64,000 nucleotides of DNA from Takakia lepidozioides. Taxonomy: Eukaryota > Plantae > Bryophyta. The stretch lies in NCBI GenBank assembly GCA_030704615.1, contig CM060732.1:42222001-42286000 (forward strand). Reading direction: 5' to 3'. This document shows, in pieces, positions 33,901 to 46,600 of the stretch (position 1 is the first letter of the stretch; each line of letters begins with the position of its first letter). A program made the translations under genes and the position numbers. Below the pieces are notes generated by a model. The model worked only from the letters and a program-made list of their open reading frames with translations. It did no database searches and was not told the origin of the DNA.

Positions 33901-36900
33901 AGGACTTTCTCGAGTCCAAACTGTTTCAGGTAGCGCAAAGCGAGTGCCAATGCTTGCACAACTATGTCTGGCATTGCCATCACTGCCTGCATCCCAAGAA
34001 CATCCATCCAGTTACAAAATACAGGCAGGGAGGGCAGGAGGCACATATCAGAGGAAGACATGGAGAGGATTTATTGTGCCCAGCTCACCTGCAAGCCTTC
34101 ATCCACCTTCTCCTCTTTGGGGGACATTTCTCCCTCTGAAGCAGTGCCTACCACACTTGAGTTTTGATTGGACTGGCTTCCATAAAAAGCGACCACCTCA
34201 GCAACAGCTCCCCCGTCTTTGAAGCAATCACGTGGCATGCGTTCAACACGAACCTCTGAGGCAGGCCCTGCAAATTCCATCAAAAGCTACACCCACAAAT
34301 GCACTTAAGAACATCAACAAACTTCTTCTTACTGCCCTGCACAAGCTCCCAAATCCCTTATACACAAAACCACAAAAGAGTAGGAATAATTGCAACAGCA
34401 ACGCGGTATACCCACCTTTTCAGTTGCTGAAGCCAGAGGTGTTGCAAGGAGGAGCTCAGCTGGGGAACATGTCAGCAACCGTGCCTCCAGCTCAGTACGC
34501 ATCACCGTGTCCTTAAAATCTCCATACATAACATCCCCTGTTGCAGTCTCTACAGCCACAACCCCAAACTGTGTATCAAAACTGCTTGCTTTTCTGTCTC
34601 CTTTTAACCCAAATCGCCCCCCCTCTTCAGCAGCAGCCATCTCACCCATTCTTCCGGGCAGGCCAACACGTGCCTTGTTAGGGCTCCAGCCATGCAATAA
34701 TGGCTGTTCTGCAATGCACATGAGATAGGTACTCAAGCGCCCAACCCTTCCCTGTGTCTCTCCTCCTAGATCTTCAGCAGCCTCAAGGGTTGCCCGGGTG
34801 TAGAGGGCCGAGAGATTACGGGTGAAAGGCCCAGTTTTGTTTGCCCCGTGTGCTTTGATTGCTGCTGTCTCTGTTTGTCTGACAACCCCAACTTTATACC
34901 CAGATTCCACAAGGCGCCGCACATGCACATGAAGTCTGAAAGTGGGAATGCTTGCTGTGAGAAAGTTGTGGTCATAGTGGGCAAAGATGCCCAGCACATG
35001 CGCGGCTGTCTCTGCATCACCTCCAAAGAACCGAAACTTATAGCCCACTTCAATTAGCAGCACCACATCTGGGTACCTACATCACCCAATAAAACAGTCT
35101 GTCTCAGTATTTGTCCATGGGTCTATTTATTCCATGGTCATTCACAAAACTGCAAAGTGGGCCAACGATATGGAACAGATATTCTCTCTTTAAAGTAACT
35201 GCAAGTTCAAAGGGCAATAAAACACTCCTCAAATATGAACTTGGCTAGAGAGTCCCAGAGGAATGTTCTGGCTATTAGGAAGAGGGTATGTACCTGGCCT
35301 TGAGTTCCACCACTTGCTGCTCAAGAGGGGTGTAAGTCACTTTTCCCAAGGACGGCTTTCCATACCAGGCCTCCTGCACCACACCATTCTGGTCGCTGCG
35401 GGCCAATAACTTTTCAACGAACTTCTTGTGCCGGACTGGATTAGAAGCAGGGACGGAGACCTGATTGATACTCTGAACTGAGGGTTTCTTGCGTACTCTG
35501 ACTGGGTTGGCAGAAATCTGCAGGGACATATCTGGTTCTCCTGAAGGACAACCATTGAGGGAGTCAAAGGTATCTCCTCCTGGCTTGTGAAGTCTGGTTT
35601 CCAGCTCCTTAGAAGCTTTGTCCAGTACATTACAGTTGCTGACTCCAGTGTCCACCTCTCTCTGCTCCTTGACTATGTTGTTGAAGTCACATGGATTGGG
35701 CTGTGACAATAGCTCGCTATCAGTTTTCGAGTTCTTAATATCCTCAGTTCCTGTACCCTGAGTAGCTCCATCAGACAGAGGTCTGTTGGAAAGAGTACGT
35801 TTCTTGTGACATGGAATAGCTGTTGAATCGACGTCACCCTCCCTCCCACCTGCAGCATACTTGATGGTCAAGATACACAAATTTAATTGTTCCTGCTTTC
35901 CAAGCATACCCAGGCATACACAGTTAAAAATGTAGTCATTATGGAGCAGGACTAGAGTGGTTGCCCCTTCCCTCCGTGCTCCCCCAAGCCATAGTATAGG
36001 GTTAGCCTCCTCTGCATTGTAATACCACAGAGGGGGAAGAGGGGTAGGGACAAAAGGCTCAGGCATAGACACAATAACGTTTGTCCAAAAGGAACTTACA
36101 TATTATCACTCACCACAATTAGACTACAACTGTCGGTATGACTTCCATCTCCAGCATTTCTGTCACCCATAGTTCTACAATGATTACAGAGGTTTTTGCA
36201 GCAGTTTCTATAATCTCTTGGTAAGAACTCAATTTCTGCAAACGAGAGGAAACCTGTACTTCTTGATAGGGCATCTATGCAGGTCCCTTGCCTGCATCAG
36301 TGTGGGTGCCCACAAAGTGTGAATCTCACCAGTCAGAAGGCTGGCCTTTTCACTGGCCAGTGAGAACCCATTATCTACTGGAGACATCACTTGAAAGGTT
36401 ACTCCTGCCATTGAGTTCAGAAAATCGTGGTAGAGATAGTTGCTGTGGTTCAGTCACGCAACCCCCAACTTATTGAGCATAGTACATGAGGTTCTAGGGG
36501 AGCACAAAGATGCAATTTTTATGATCTGGGCGAACCAACTCCCCCCGCCCCGTTGTTGGAAACGGTGGATTCAATTCTTCCGACCAGATTTGGCATAAGC
36601 TACAGCGAAATTCAGCTACATATAAAATATGCAGATGGACTTCGCGATTATTGGAGGTAGAGGGCCAAGTATGGTAGATCGGAGCTGCAGTCGGGATGCT
36701 CCCTGGCCTCTCTGCCTCACACGCATCCAAATTATCGAGGGTAAATTGGAAATTGCTGCACAAATCATCCTTACCTGACGAGAGTAACTCCTCCGAAGTG
36801 TCATCAACTGGCCTCTTTTTTGAAGAAGAAAATGTGAAGTCTTGTTTAACGCTTCTTATCGACGAGGGTCTTCGAGGGAGATCATGAGGCGGCCATGCAA

Positions 36901-37078
36901 CGGTTGCAGCCCCTACATGAGGTTTCGCAGAGGGAGGGGAGGGATCGGCTACACTAGACGGTGAGCTCAAATTCTGCTTGCAATTACGTGGGTCTTTCTC
37001 AAAATCTCCACCATTGGAGGAAGATGCGGGATTGCATTTGGGTGCAAAAAAGCGGGATATCGTTTGCTGCCGCTTCAT
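27994..37078 (-). CDS. MSH3: DNA mismatch repair protein MSH3 (multi-exon)
   Basis: N-terminal PIP box [11 protein letters not shown]; [12 protein letters not shown]; MSH3-type [11 protein letters not shown]; Walker [20 protein letters not shown]; STFFEEL; Walker [16 protein letters not shown]; [12 protein letters not shown]; stop at 27994. Some N-terminal exon boundaries are uncertain. Confidence 0.95.
28781..29211 (-). mobile_element. 5'-truncated LINE copy in the last MSH3 intron
   Basis: Homologous to the LINE 3' end (ATGAGTACATT); 11-bp TSD CTCCCTTGTTA at 28771-28781 and 29212-29222. Confidence 0.9.
33323..33346 (-). mobile_element. ~24-nt LINE 3'-terminal stub in an MSH3 intron
   Basis: AAACAACGTCTTATGAGGACATT matches the LINE terminus with one mismatch. 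Confidence 0.6.
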
Positions 37079-37734
37079 CCCTCCCCCCACCCTTCGGCCT
37101 CGTCCTCTCCTTTCCTGTCACCTCGAAGCCCTATACCCTATTTCCATTCCAACGTTTGTTGTTCTTCCATTCAAATATCTGCTGTTCATCTCGGCCACCT
37201 CCACTGCCCCTCTCGATAAACCCACGTCCCACAACTTTGTGTCAATCTCTTTAAACCCCATCCCAAATAACTCTCTCTTTTATCTCTCTCTGTTTCTACG
37301 CAACCCACACCCACACCCGTGCCTTCTACTTCTCTTCAATCATCTCCCTCCCTCTCTCCCGCCCTGTCCCTGTGTAAAGCCGCCATGCAAGAATCGGCAT
37401 TGAAGAAAGAGATTCCCGGGTTTTTCCCAGGATTTGATTTAATGTGAATGCTCAGTTTTTCATCTTTTCAAGGGTTATCGAGTGATAATTTTTCCTCCCG
37501 TCTTGTGCGATTTGAACCCCGGACCACCTTTTTTGTGGCCACAGGGTTTAGAAGGCGTCGCTGCAAGTATCAATCAAATGGGTGTGCGAAGATCAGAGTC
37601 TTGTGGGAAGGATGTGAGAGAAAACCCACGGTTGTTCAGCAGATTTTACGAAGAGATGTCTCGTTCTGTTGATAACCTCTGAATGGGACCGTTCGTGTGT
37701 AAAACATAGCAAGATTGCGCTGACACACTCCAAG
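37079..37734. promoter_or_regulatory. Shared divergent promoter and 5'UTRs of MSH3 and GatA
   Basis: Start codons are ~657 bp apart in head-to-head orientation; CT-rich tract at 37270-37370. Confidence 0.6.
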
Positions 37735-40700
37735 ATGCTTCATTCAAGACCAATGTGGGCGCGAACTGTGTGTCCCAGCTATGGCGGAACCGCCCTGGTA
37801 CTCAACAAGAGCTCAAAGTCGTGTCCTCCAATTCCTGGTGGGCGAACCAACTACCCTGTCTGTAGAACAATGTCGAGGCAGACTCATACGACTGCCCAGG
37901 CTGCGTCTCCTAGTACCACCATATGTGAGACCTCCAACCCTTTAATTCATCAGAAACCCATCTCGGTTATTCGGAAAATTAGAGAGAGCCTGGTGACAAG
38001 AGAGAAAACTGCTACCGAAATCACAGAAGGGTACCTCACGAGACTGCACGAGACAGAGCCTCACATTCGCAGCTTTCTTCATGTTTCGGAGAAGGCCTTG
38101 CAAGCTGCCGAGGATTTAGATAAGAGAATTGCTGCGGGAGGAGAAATTGGGTCCTTGGCTGGTGTTCCTTTAGGAGTGAAGGACAATCTATGTACAAGAG
38201 ATATGCCATCGACAGGCGGATCACAAATCTTGCGAGGGTACTGTCCACCCTTTGATGCCACTGCAGTCTCAAAGTTGAGGGAGGCCGACGCATTGCTCGT
38301 TGGCAAAACCAACATGGATGAATTTGGAATGGGTAGTTCCACTGAAGGCTCTGCTTATCAGGTACTCCTGGATTTCTCCACTCCCCCTCCTCCCCCGACG
38401 ATAACAGAAATTTTGAGAGTGATATCTGTCGAGATGCATACAAATTCACACAGATATATTCGGCAAGAGAAGGAAGTATCTTAATAGTAGAGTGACAATG
38501 TAAGGAAATGTGAGTGCCTTGGGAACTGCTAAAGGGTGCATAAACACCTTGGTCTCGAGTGAGTTGGTCATCGCTTCTGACCCATTTCCCATTGGACTAG
38601 ACCTTAGTGGGTATACTTGACCTCAGATTTGCTTGAAAAACTCTTACTGTGTAAATCATTGAGTGCTTCCTCTCTCTCCTCTGCACTTTTGGTCTTCCTA
38701 ACACACACAGATACCCACAACATTTTGCCACTTCCACCGTTAAACTCTAAAGCATGGATGCTGGTGCTGGAACAGGTGACTTCTAACCCATGGGATGTAT
38801 CCAGAGTCCCGGGGGGGTCGTCAGGAGGGTCTGCTGCAGCAGTAGCAGCAGGCCAGTGTGCTGGTGCCCTAGGGAGTGACACAGGGGGCAGCATTCGGCA
38901 GCCTGCAAGTTTTTGTGGGGTGGTTGGGCTCAAGCCTTCTTATGGGCGAGTGTCGCGCTATGGTCTAATGGCGTATGCATCTTCATTAGATGTGGTGGGA
39001 TGCTTGGGTGCGTCAGTGGTTGACACAGCCATTCTTCTTGGAGCGATTGCTGGCCATGATAAGTCAGATTCGACGAGTATCTCTCAGGTGAGCACTTGAC
39101 ACGTTCAAAGAGAGATTAAAGGTGTAGGGTTTATAGGGGGTTCTACCAAGTCAGGTTGTCCCTTGGCATTTCGTTTCAATCTAGCAGCTCTTTCCTTTGC
39201 AGTTGCATCAGAGGATATCCAGAAAAGAATAAAAAACATTGACTTCAAATGTGTCCTTACTATTAAAAGTGCAATCAGTGTGAAAGCAAATGAAAGGAGA
39301 TACGATGTGTCCTGTGGTGCAAAGCGGGATTCTATTGTTGAGAATTACTGCAAAGTAATAAAGTATACCAGACAGAGATATAGACGGAGATACTCTAGAT
39401 CGTTTCATTTTGGAACCAGTAGTTGGAAAGCTCTTACTCACGCGTGGTTTATGTTTTGGGCAGGAAGTTCCAGATTATGCAGCACAGTTATTGCCAGTAG
39501 AAGGCTTTGGTAGTAAACCTTTGGCTGGAATCAAATTTGGGCTAATAACGGAGACACTGGGGGATGGGGTGGACATCGGTGTTGCCTCTGTTGTTAGAGC
39601 TGCTGCCTTGCATCTCGAGGATCTTGGTGCTTATGTCAGGGAGGTATTCCAGCTTGTCATTCTTGTGATTTGTTTCCCTCTTTTTTTTTTCCTGCATTTA
39701 TCACTTCCACTAGAAAATGTGTCATGCCCTCTGATTATATCCCTAGTACTCAAAAACACACCTGATTGCAATCACTTAAATGGATTTGATTGAAATGGCA
39801 GGTATCATTGCCAACATTTGCACTTGGGCTACCAGCATACTACGTACTGGCTCCTTCTGAAGCCTCTTCTAATCTTGCCCGCTATGATGGTGTCAGGTAC
39901 ACTTTGTTCATTGCAAGGAAGCCTGTTACCGACGTTGAGTTATGGGCTCTAACAAACGTATTTATCTGTAAGCAAAACCTGCTGCAACCACCAACAGAAA
40001 TAGGGAAGAGAGGTAGAGATATTCGAACAGGCTATGAACTTTGGCTATGGCGATAAGACCTCTGGACAGCCTGTTGTGCTTTAACAGCCAACTTTGGTTT
40101 CATGGCTTTTCCGTTTGGAATCTTAGTGTTTGTCTTCCTGGAATTGTACAGGTATGGACCACGTGTGCACGGGGAGGAGGTCTTATCCATGTACGGAAAT
40201 TCTCGTTCTCAAGGATTTGGTGCTGAGGTAAGTTATGATTCTGCCAATGTGATCTCCACCCCCCAAATTCATGAACTTTGTATTTGTTTCAATAGTCTTG
40301 TTAGATAGAACAGGAACATCTTGTTTGTGTTCAGCAGGTTTTTTGTTAGGCAGTGTTGTCAAAGTGTGATGTGCAGCTGATATGGGCGGGGCATTATTTT
40401 CGGAGTTTCCAACTCCAAGCCTGAAGATCTTTAATTGTTTGATGTGGTGGGCAGGTGAAACGGCGTATATTGATGGGCACATATGCATTGTCTGCGGGTT
40501 ACTACGATGCTTTCTACAAACGTGCCCAGCAGGTCTCTTTGCTATACTGGATTGATGTAGGGTGTGATGAGTGCAATAGCGAGGATTAAGCAAAATGTCT
40601 TGAGAGTGTCGCTTGGAGCATCATCGACGTTGGTGAGTTCATGTAATACATTCATGCAGTTACGGACTTGGGCTTCTGGGATTGTGGGTCAGGTGCGGAC

Positions 40701-42193
40701 TTTGATTCAACAGGATTTCAAGAAGGCCTTGCAAGACACTGATGTGCTTCTGACACCCGTGGCGCCGACAGCAGCATACAAAATAGGTTCTCACACACTT
40801 GCTGACAGCCTCCTTGTCCACATTTTGTCGGAAGATGATCCAGAGTACACATTGATATTGAGGATTATGCATTGTCTGTGCTCTATGCTATGAGGCTGCT
40901 CTTTGTATCCTCTGCTTGAGTGGCCAAGGCAAGCAATGGGGAATTGCAGGTCTTAAGAGTCTTCCAGACTATTGTCCATCATTCTATTGGTTGCATTGAA
41001 CTAGTTGCAATATGTTATCGTTATTTGCTTAGATGAATTGAATGTTATGCAGGTGAGAAGCTGGATGACCCGTTGGCTATGTATGTTGGGGACCTCATGA
41101 CGGTACGTGAATGAGTTATGTGTTCATGTGGATGTATGTCTTTGTATGTGTAAGCTATGAGTACGCAGATTTTGATATCGTGTTTCTTGCTATAAGTGAC
41201 TATACTGTTACTTCCAATCCATGCCTTGTCTACCAAATAGGAGAGAAATATTTGCTAATCTTTGTCATGTATGTCACAAGTTAATGCCCTCAGATCAGAC
41301 CCGCTAGTATGGTCTTGATCATACCTTTGAACACAGAACCATACATCCAGAAGAGTGGGTGGACCAATTTTAGAGAGACAACCTGACCCATCCATATAGG
41401 AAGTTACGACGCAAGGCAACTGAGATTTTACAATCAGATGCTGCCTGCCTTTTCACCTATGGCAGCCCAAGACAAAAAAAAGCGCTCCGAACTATCATTT
41501 ATGGTTCTGGTAAAGTCGAAATGACATCCTACATTATCATCTGACAGGAAAAGAGTTGTATTTCAGCACAGGAAGTGGTCTCGTAGTCTCTCACCCAAGT
41601 TAGCCCTCCTTTCATGCTAACCCCCCTCCAAAATAGGTTGTGTCTCTGTCGTAGAAGACAACGACACCTAATGAGTACCCTCTCTATCTCTCTTCCCTCT
41701 TGAGAATGTAGATGGACATGAGCGTAATGAATTGCTCCTGTCAAACTCAAACTGGATGGTGATGTACACAGGTGAATGTGAATTTGGCAGGTCTGCCTGC
41801 ACTAGTGGTGCCATGTGGACTTGCCAAGGGTGGAAGCTGTGGTCTGCCTGTGGGCCTCCAGATGATTGGCCCTGCTTTTGGAGAGGTGGGTTCACTGTGT
41901 AATATTCGTGTTTTCTGTTGTCATCTTGGATTTAATTGAGGACTTCAGACATGCTGGATTCTTCTTAGGAAAGAAACATGCAATGGAGGTGCTCTAGTTG
42001 CAGTAATTGGCAAATGGAAATATTTTCCAGATCAAGAAAGTACTGTGTTAGTCTCTGAAGTCCTTTTATGGCACTCACATGAAGTTGGTTTTGATGCCTG
42101 CAGGAAGCCTTACTTCGCCTAGGTCACATTTTCGAACAAACAGCGCCCATGTGGAGATCTAGTGTACCATCCCTTGTATCTCAGGGCACCTAG
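37735..42193 (+). CDS. GATA: Organellar glutamyl-tRNA(Gln) amidotransferase subunit A with transit-peptide-like N-terminus
   Basis: About 10 exons: [50 protein letters not shown] (amidase signature), [40 protein letters not shown]; last exon 42104-42193 ends QGT*. Confidence 0.95.
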
Positions 42194-43670
42194 TTTGTCT
42201 TGTATACTCCATGCCCTTGGTATTCAGCCAAAATATTACAATTCAACTCCTGTCAAACCCATGATTTAATTGTTGGAAGCCAACAGCCATTACAAAGATA
42301 CAATTCTAGATGTCTCGATGTTTTCCCCTCGTATTGACCATTGTTTTGCAGACTCACAAGAGGGAACACTCGATCTAGCAATGCATTTGGAGACTCTAGA
42401 TGAGTTCAAGATGCTCTTGGAAGGAATTGAGCTAGAAACCAACATATTAGTGCTCAAAACCATCCAACCAGCCTCTGGATTTTGCACCATGATAGAGGTG
42501 ATGACTATATTTTGTTTGGTGATGACATAACTCCGAGATATTATGAGAATATTTTCAAAATGTTCCATTGTGCTCATTTGAGAACATTTTCAAGAATCAA
42601 AGCCCCAGACATGGTGTGTCCCAAACTCTTAGGATCATCAGTAGTCTGGGCTTTGAAATTAGAGACAGGACTAATTTCGGGCAAATGCGCACCTTGACAT
42701 TGCTCGAAATGGTCTGATGAGTATTAGGCAACCTAAGGTTGGCAACAACTACCTCACTAGACTGTTGAAAAATGACCAACCTTTCATTGTTCAAGTTCAC
42801 CTCCCAAAGTCTTCATGTACTTGAGACAAGTTTGTTGGGAATCACATTATGATGGGTTTCACTGGATCTTCCGCACCCTTTCTCTTAAATAAGAAAAGTA
42901 ATGTTGGATCATTGCAGTACTTCTCACTTAACTGCATCCATGAACTGAGTTGCCAATGAGGTGAGTCTATAATGTGTCATCCAGCTAAGCCATATCAAAT
43001 TAATGATAGCTATCCATGGCATAAATTTTAAATATAAGTTGGGTCTGCCAGATGCCCAGGTGAAACATACAAACATACACCCCCCACACTAACCTGGCTC
43101 AAGTTCTACCTCCACAGATGCATGCAAACACAATGGCAATTTTCGGCTGGGTTCCATTTTGTCATCGGTACGCCTGATATTTTGAGGGCACTCCAACTGA
43201 AAGATACATGATCCTTCTCACTGCCCTTAAATTGGACAAGGCCTATGCACACAACTTAGGCAAAGCTCTAATGACCTGTCACTTTTTGTTTCGATGAGAA
43301 ATCCAACATGATAATGGACTGACCAATAATCCAGTGCCTTCATAGCATGGTCTGGTAATCTGAAGAGTTCAAGTACCAACTGAGCCAGCACATGTTTGGA
43401 ATTCAGCTTTGACGAGATTAGGAGTGAGTGGCCAAGAGTATATATATAGACAATTTTGTGACTTGCTTTCTTCCAAAGCCCAGTGCTAGGCTCGCCAGCA
43501 ACACTGGTGTATGACACCATGTTACTGCAAATGTTTAAGATCTCAAGTGGAGGCGGCTCAATGGAAATGCTTGGGCTCAAAAAAACAAACACTGGGAACC
43601 TTACACGAAGTCAACAAAACTGATACCTGAGCTGATTTTGTGGCATGCACACATACCATTAAACATTATC

Positions 43671-46600
43671 TTAGTTGGACAGAAATTTGGCCTCTAATTC
43701 AGGCGAAAATAGCTTGCCACGATGATTGAAGGTCATGAAATCCAGGTTGGCAGGAAGCGCCGCCACCCTACACATAAAAAGGAAAAGGATGTCAACTCCC
43801 CTGAATCTAAAAACACCTGCTCCCTCCTCCTGTCCAGGAAAATGCTGAAAAGATGACGGAGGCTAGATCAAACTAGCAAAAATGAGAATGAGCATTTTCA
43901 CCAATCCAGAATTTTAATGTACCAGCCAGGGTGTGGCCTGAAAAAGTTCAGACTGAGTTTGCCCAGGCACTTGCGCATAGCTGACAATCCAGGTACAGAG
44001 TATTACAAGTTGATTTAAGGCCATCCTAGATACACCATGTTGACTGCATAATGTACTTAAGACTTTCTTTGACATAGCCTTGTGGACATGGACCCCATGC
44101 TCAGTTTGGACGCAACATAGGGAATAGGCACGGCTCACTCCAGTAGCATGACTTACCTTGATATAAACAATTAATTTGGGCTTTCCAGATATCCTCTAGA
44201 AAGCCCTTCACACAATCATCAATCTGCTGTATGTGGGCAGCCCAAAAGTTAGACCCCAACAGGAACAGGGCTTTAGGCTCAGCCTTGAGATTTTGGAAGT
44301 TGGTGAACAGAGATGCAGGAACCATGTTCTTGACGTTCCTGAAGAGGGTCACTCTCTGGTGAGAATACCCCGGACAATGTATCAGAAAATGGATATTGTC
44401 TTCAGGTTCCTGCACGTCGGGCAATTGCAATCTCTGTTTCCTCTCTGCATCTGTTTGTTGTTCAAAGGCAGGCTCCCCGCCTTGAGTTTAAATTTCAATC
44501 TAGTGCCAAGGGTAGGTAGGCCCTTCAGATCATCCTTCAGGTCCTTGCCCATGTCACAGACTGGAAACAAATTCAGCCAGGTCAGCTTCATCCAGTAGGG
44601 TCAATTCTTCTGGACTAACATTCATATACTTGAAAATCTCTTCTACCCTTTTCCACCAAGACTTAGCCTCTTTAACAGGACGGTCTGGCTTCCAAGAAAT
44701 AGCGTCAATTATCTTGGTATTAGGCATCCAATTCAACTGACCCCACCATCTGAACTTGAATTCATTACATCAAGAGCTTAAAGGAGGTATGCCAAATTCG
44801 CACCGAACAGCCACATTAGCTGTTCTAGAACAAGCGGACGTGCTTTCTTTGAGCACTACAACCGGAATGGATTCCAAAGATTTAGCATGGTTGGAATTGT
44901 CAACCCACACAGCAGATGTGTACTCCAAGGCCGACCTAATAATGTTGCACAAAGAGAGAGAGAGACACAGAGAGAATGTACTCATAAGACGTTGTTTGCC
45001 GTAGCCTTGTGGCCATTGACCCCGCGCCCAGTTTGAGCGGGAACAAAAAGAACAGAACCTACCTCTGTCAGGGGCTGACGTTGGTAGTAAGACTTACCTT
45101 CATATAAAGAATTAATCCGGGTTTTCCAGATATCCTCTAGAAATCCCTTCACACAAGCATCAATCTGCTGTGTGTGATTTGCCCAAAAACTAGGCCTCAG
45201 GAGGGCCTGGGCTTTTGGCTCAGCCTCGAGACTTTCAAAGTTGGTAAACAGGGGTACAGGCACAATTCCCTTGATAGAGTTGAAGAGAGCGTCTCTTTGG
45301 TGAGAGAACCCCGGACAGTGTATCAGAAAATGAATACTGTCTTCAGATTGCCCACACAATGGGCAATTGCACTCTCCCTTTCCTCTCTGCTTCTGTTTGC
45401 TGTTCAAAGGTAGGCTTCCTGCCCTGAGTTTAAATTTCAGTCTAGTGCCGAGAGAGGGTAGACCCTTGAGGTCATCCAAGATGTCCTCCCCCATGTCACT
45501 GACTGGAAACAAGTTCAGGGAAGTTTTCTGCCTAACTTCATTTTCATCAGACAATCTCATGGCAACAGACATGGCTTCGGACACTACAGCCTCTAAGTCA
45601 GATTTATCCAGCAGGGTCAAGACTTGCGGATCCAGGTCCAGGTCCTTGAGAATCTCTTCTACTCTCTTCTGCCAGGACTTAGCCTGTTTGACAGGGCGGT
45701 CCTGTTTCCAAGATATAGAGTCGATTAGCTTAGGATATCTGGTGTTGGGCATATGTTGCAGCTGACCCCACCATCTGCCCTTGAATTCATCTCGTCGGGA
45801 GCTTAAGGATGGAATGCCAAACTCACCCCGAACAGCCACATTGGCTGTTTTGGAGCATGCTGACATACACTCCTTAAGCACCCCCACTTGAATGGATTCT
45901 AGAGACTTAGCCTGGTTGGAGTTATCAACCCCATATAGCAGATCCGTACTCCAAGGCAGGTCTAATAACGCGACAAAGCATGGTTTTCTTAACCTCAGAG
46001 TTGACCCCTCTGCAGTGGAAAAATTTAGTGAGCCCCAGAGCTTTGCCCTTGCCAGTTTGAACAACTTTCCGGATATGTGCATCCCAATAACAATTGGAGG
46101 AAAACTCAATGCCCAGGTAAGTGTAGGAAGGGAGGACCGGGATCTCTTGGCTACCCCACTGCCACTTAAGATCACTTCCTCCCTCTCCTCTGTCGTTGAA
46201 TGCTACCACTGCACATTTGCTGACATTAGCCTCTAGCCCCCAAAGATTAAAGTATCTCTTCGCGCAATCAATCAACTCCTGGAGATTGGTTGGAGTCTCC
46301 CCTATGCCTGCGAAGTCATCCGCAAACATAAGGGCTGGTATGGTGGTATCACCCACCTTTAACCCAAATCCCTCACTTTCCACATTTCAGTTGCTTCCAC
46401 AATCTCAGAAGAACTAATGGGAGCGTTATAAGCCATTGAAATATACTCCAGTTCATCAGGGCTGTTTTGAATCATAGGAACAGTTTTTCCAACTGTGTCC
46501 CTCCATTCAGCAGAAGACCCCTCACTGTTAGACCTAGAAGTTCTGCCAAGGATACTGTAGTGATTTTCAAAGGTTTTGGCAATGTCAACCGATGAAGTCA

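Noticed and set aside
42270-43600. Degenerate transposase-like ORF fragments between GatA and EMC5
   Set aside because: No motif could be identified confidently; needs BLASTx.
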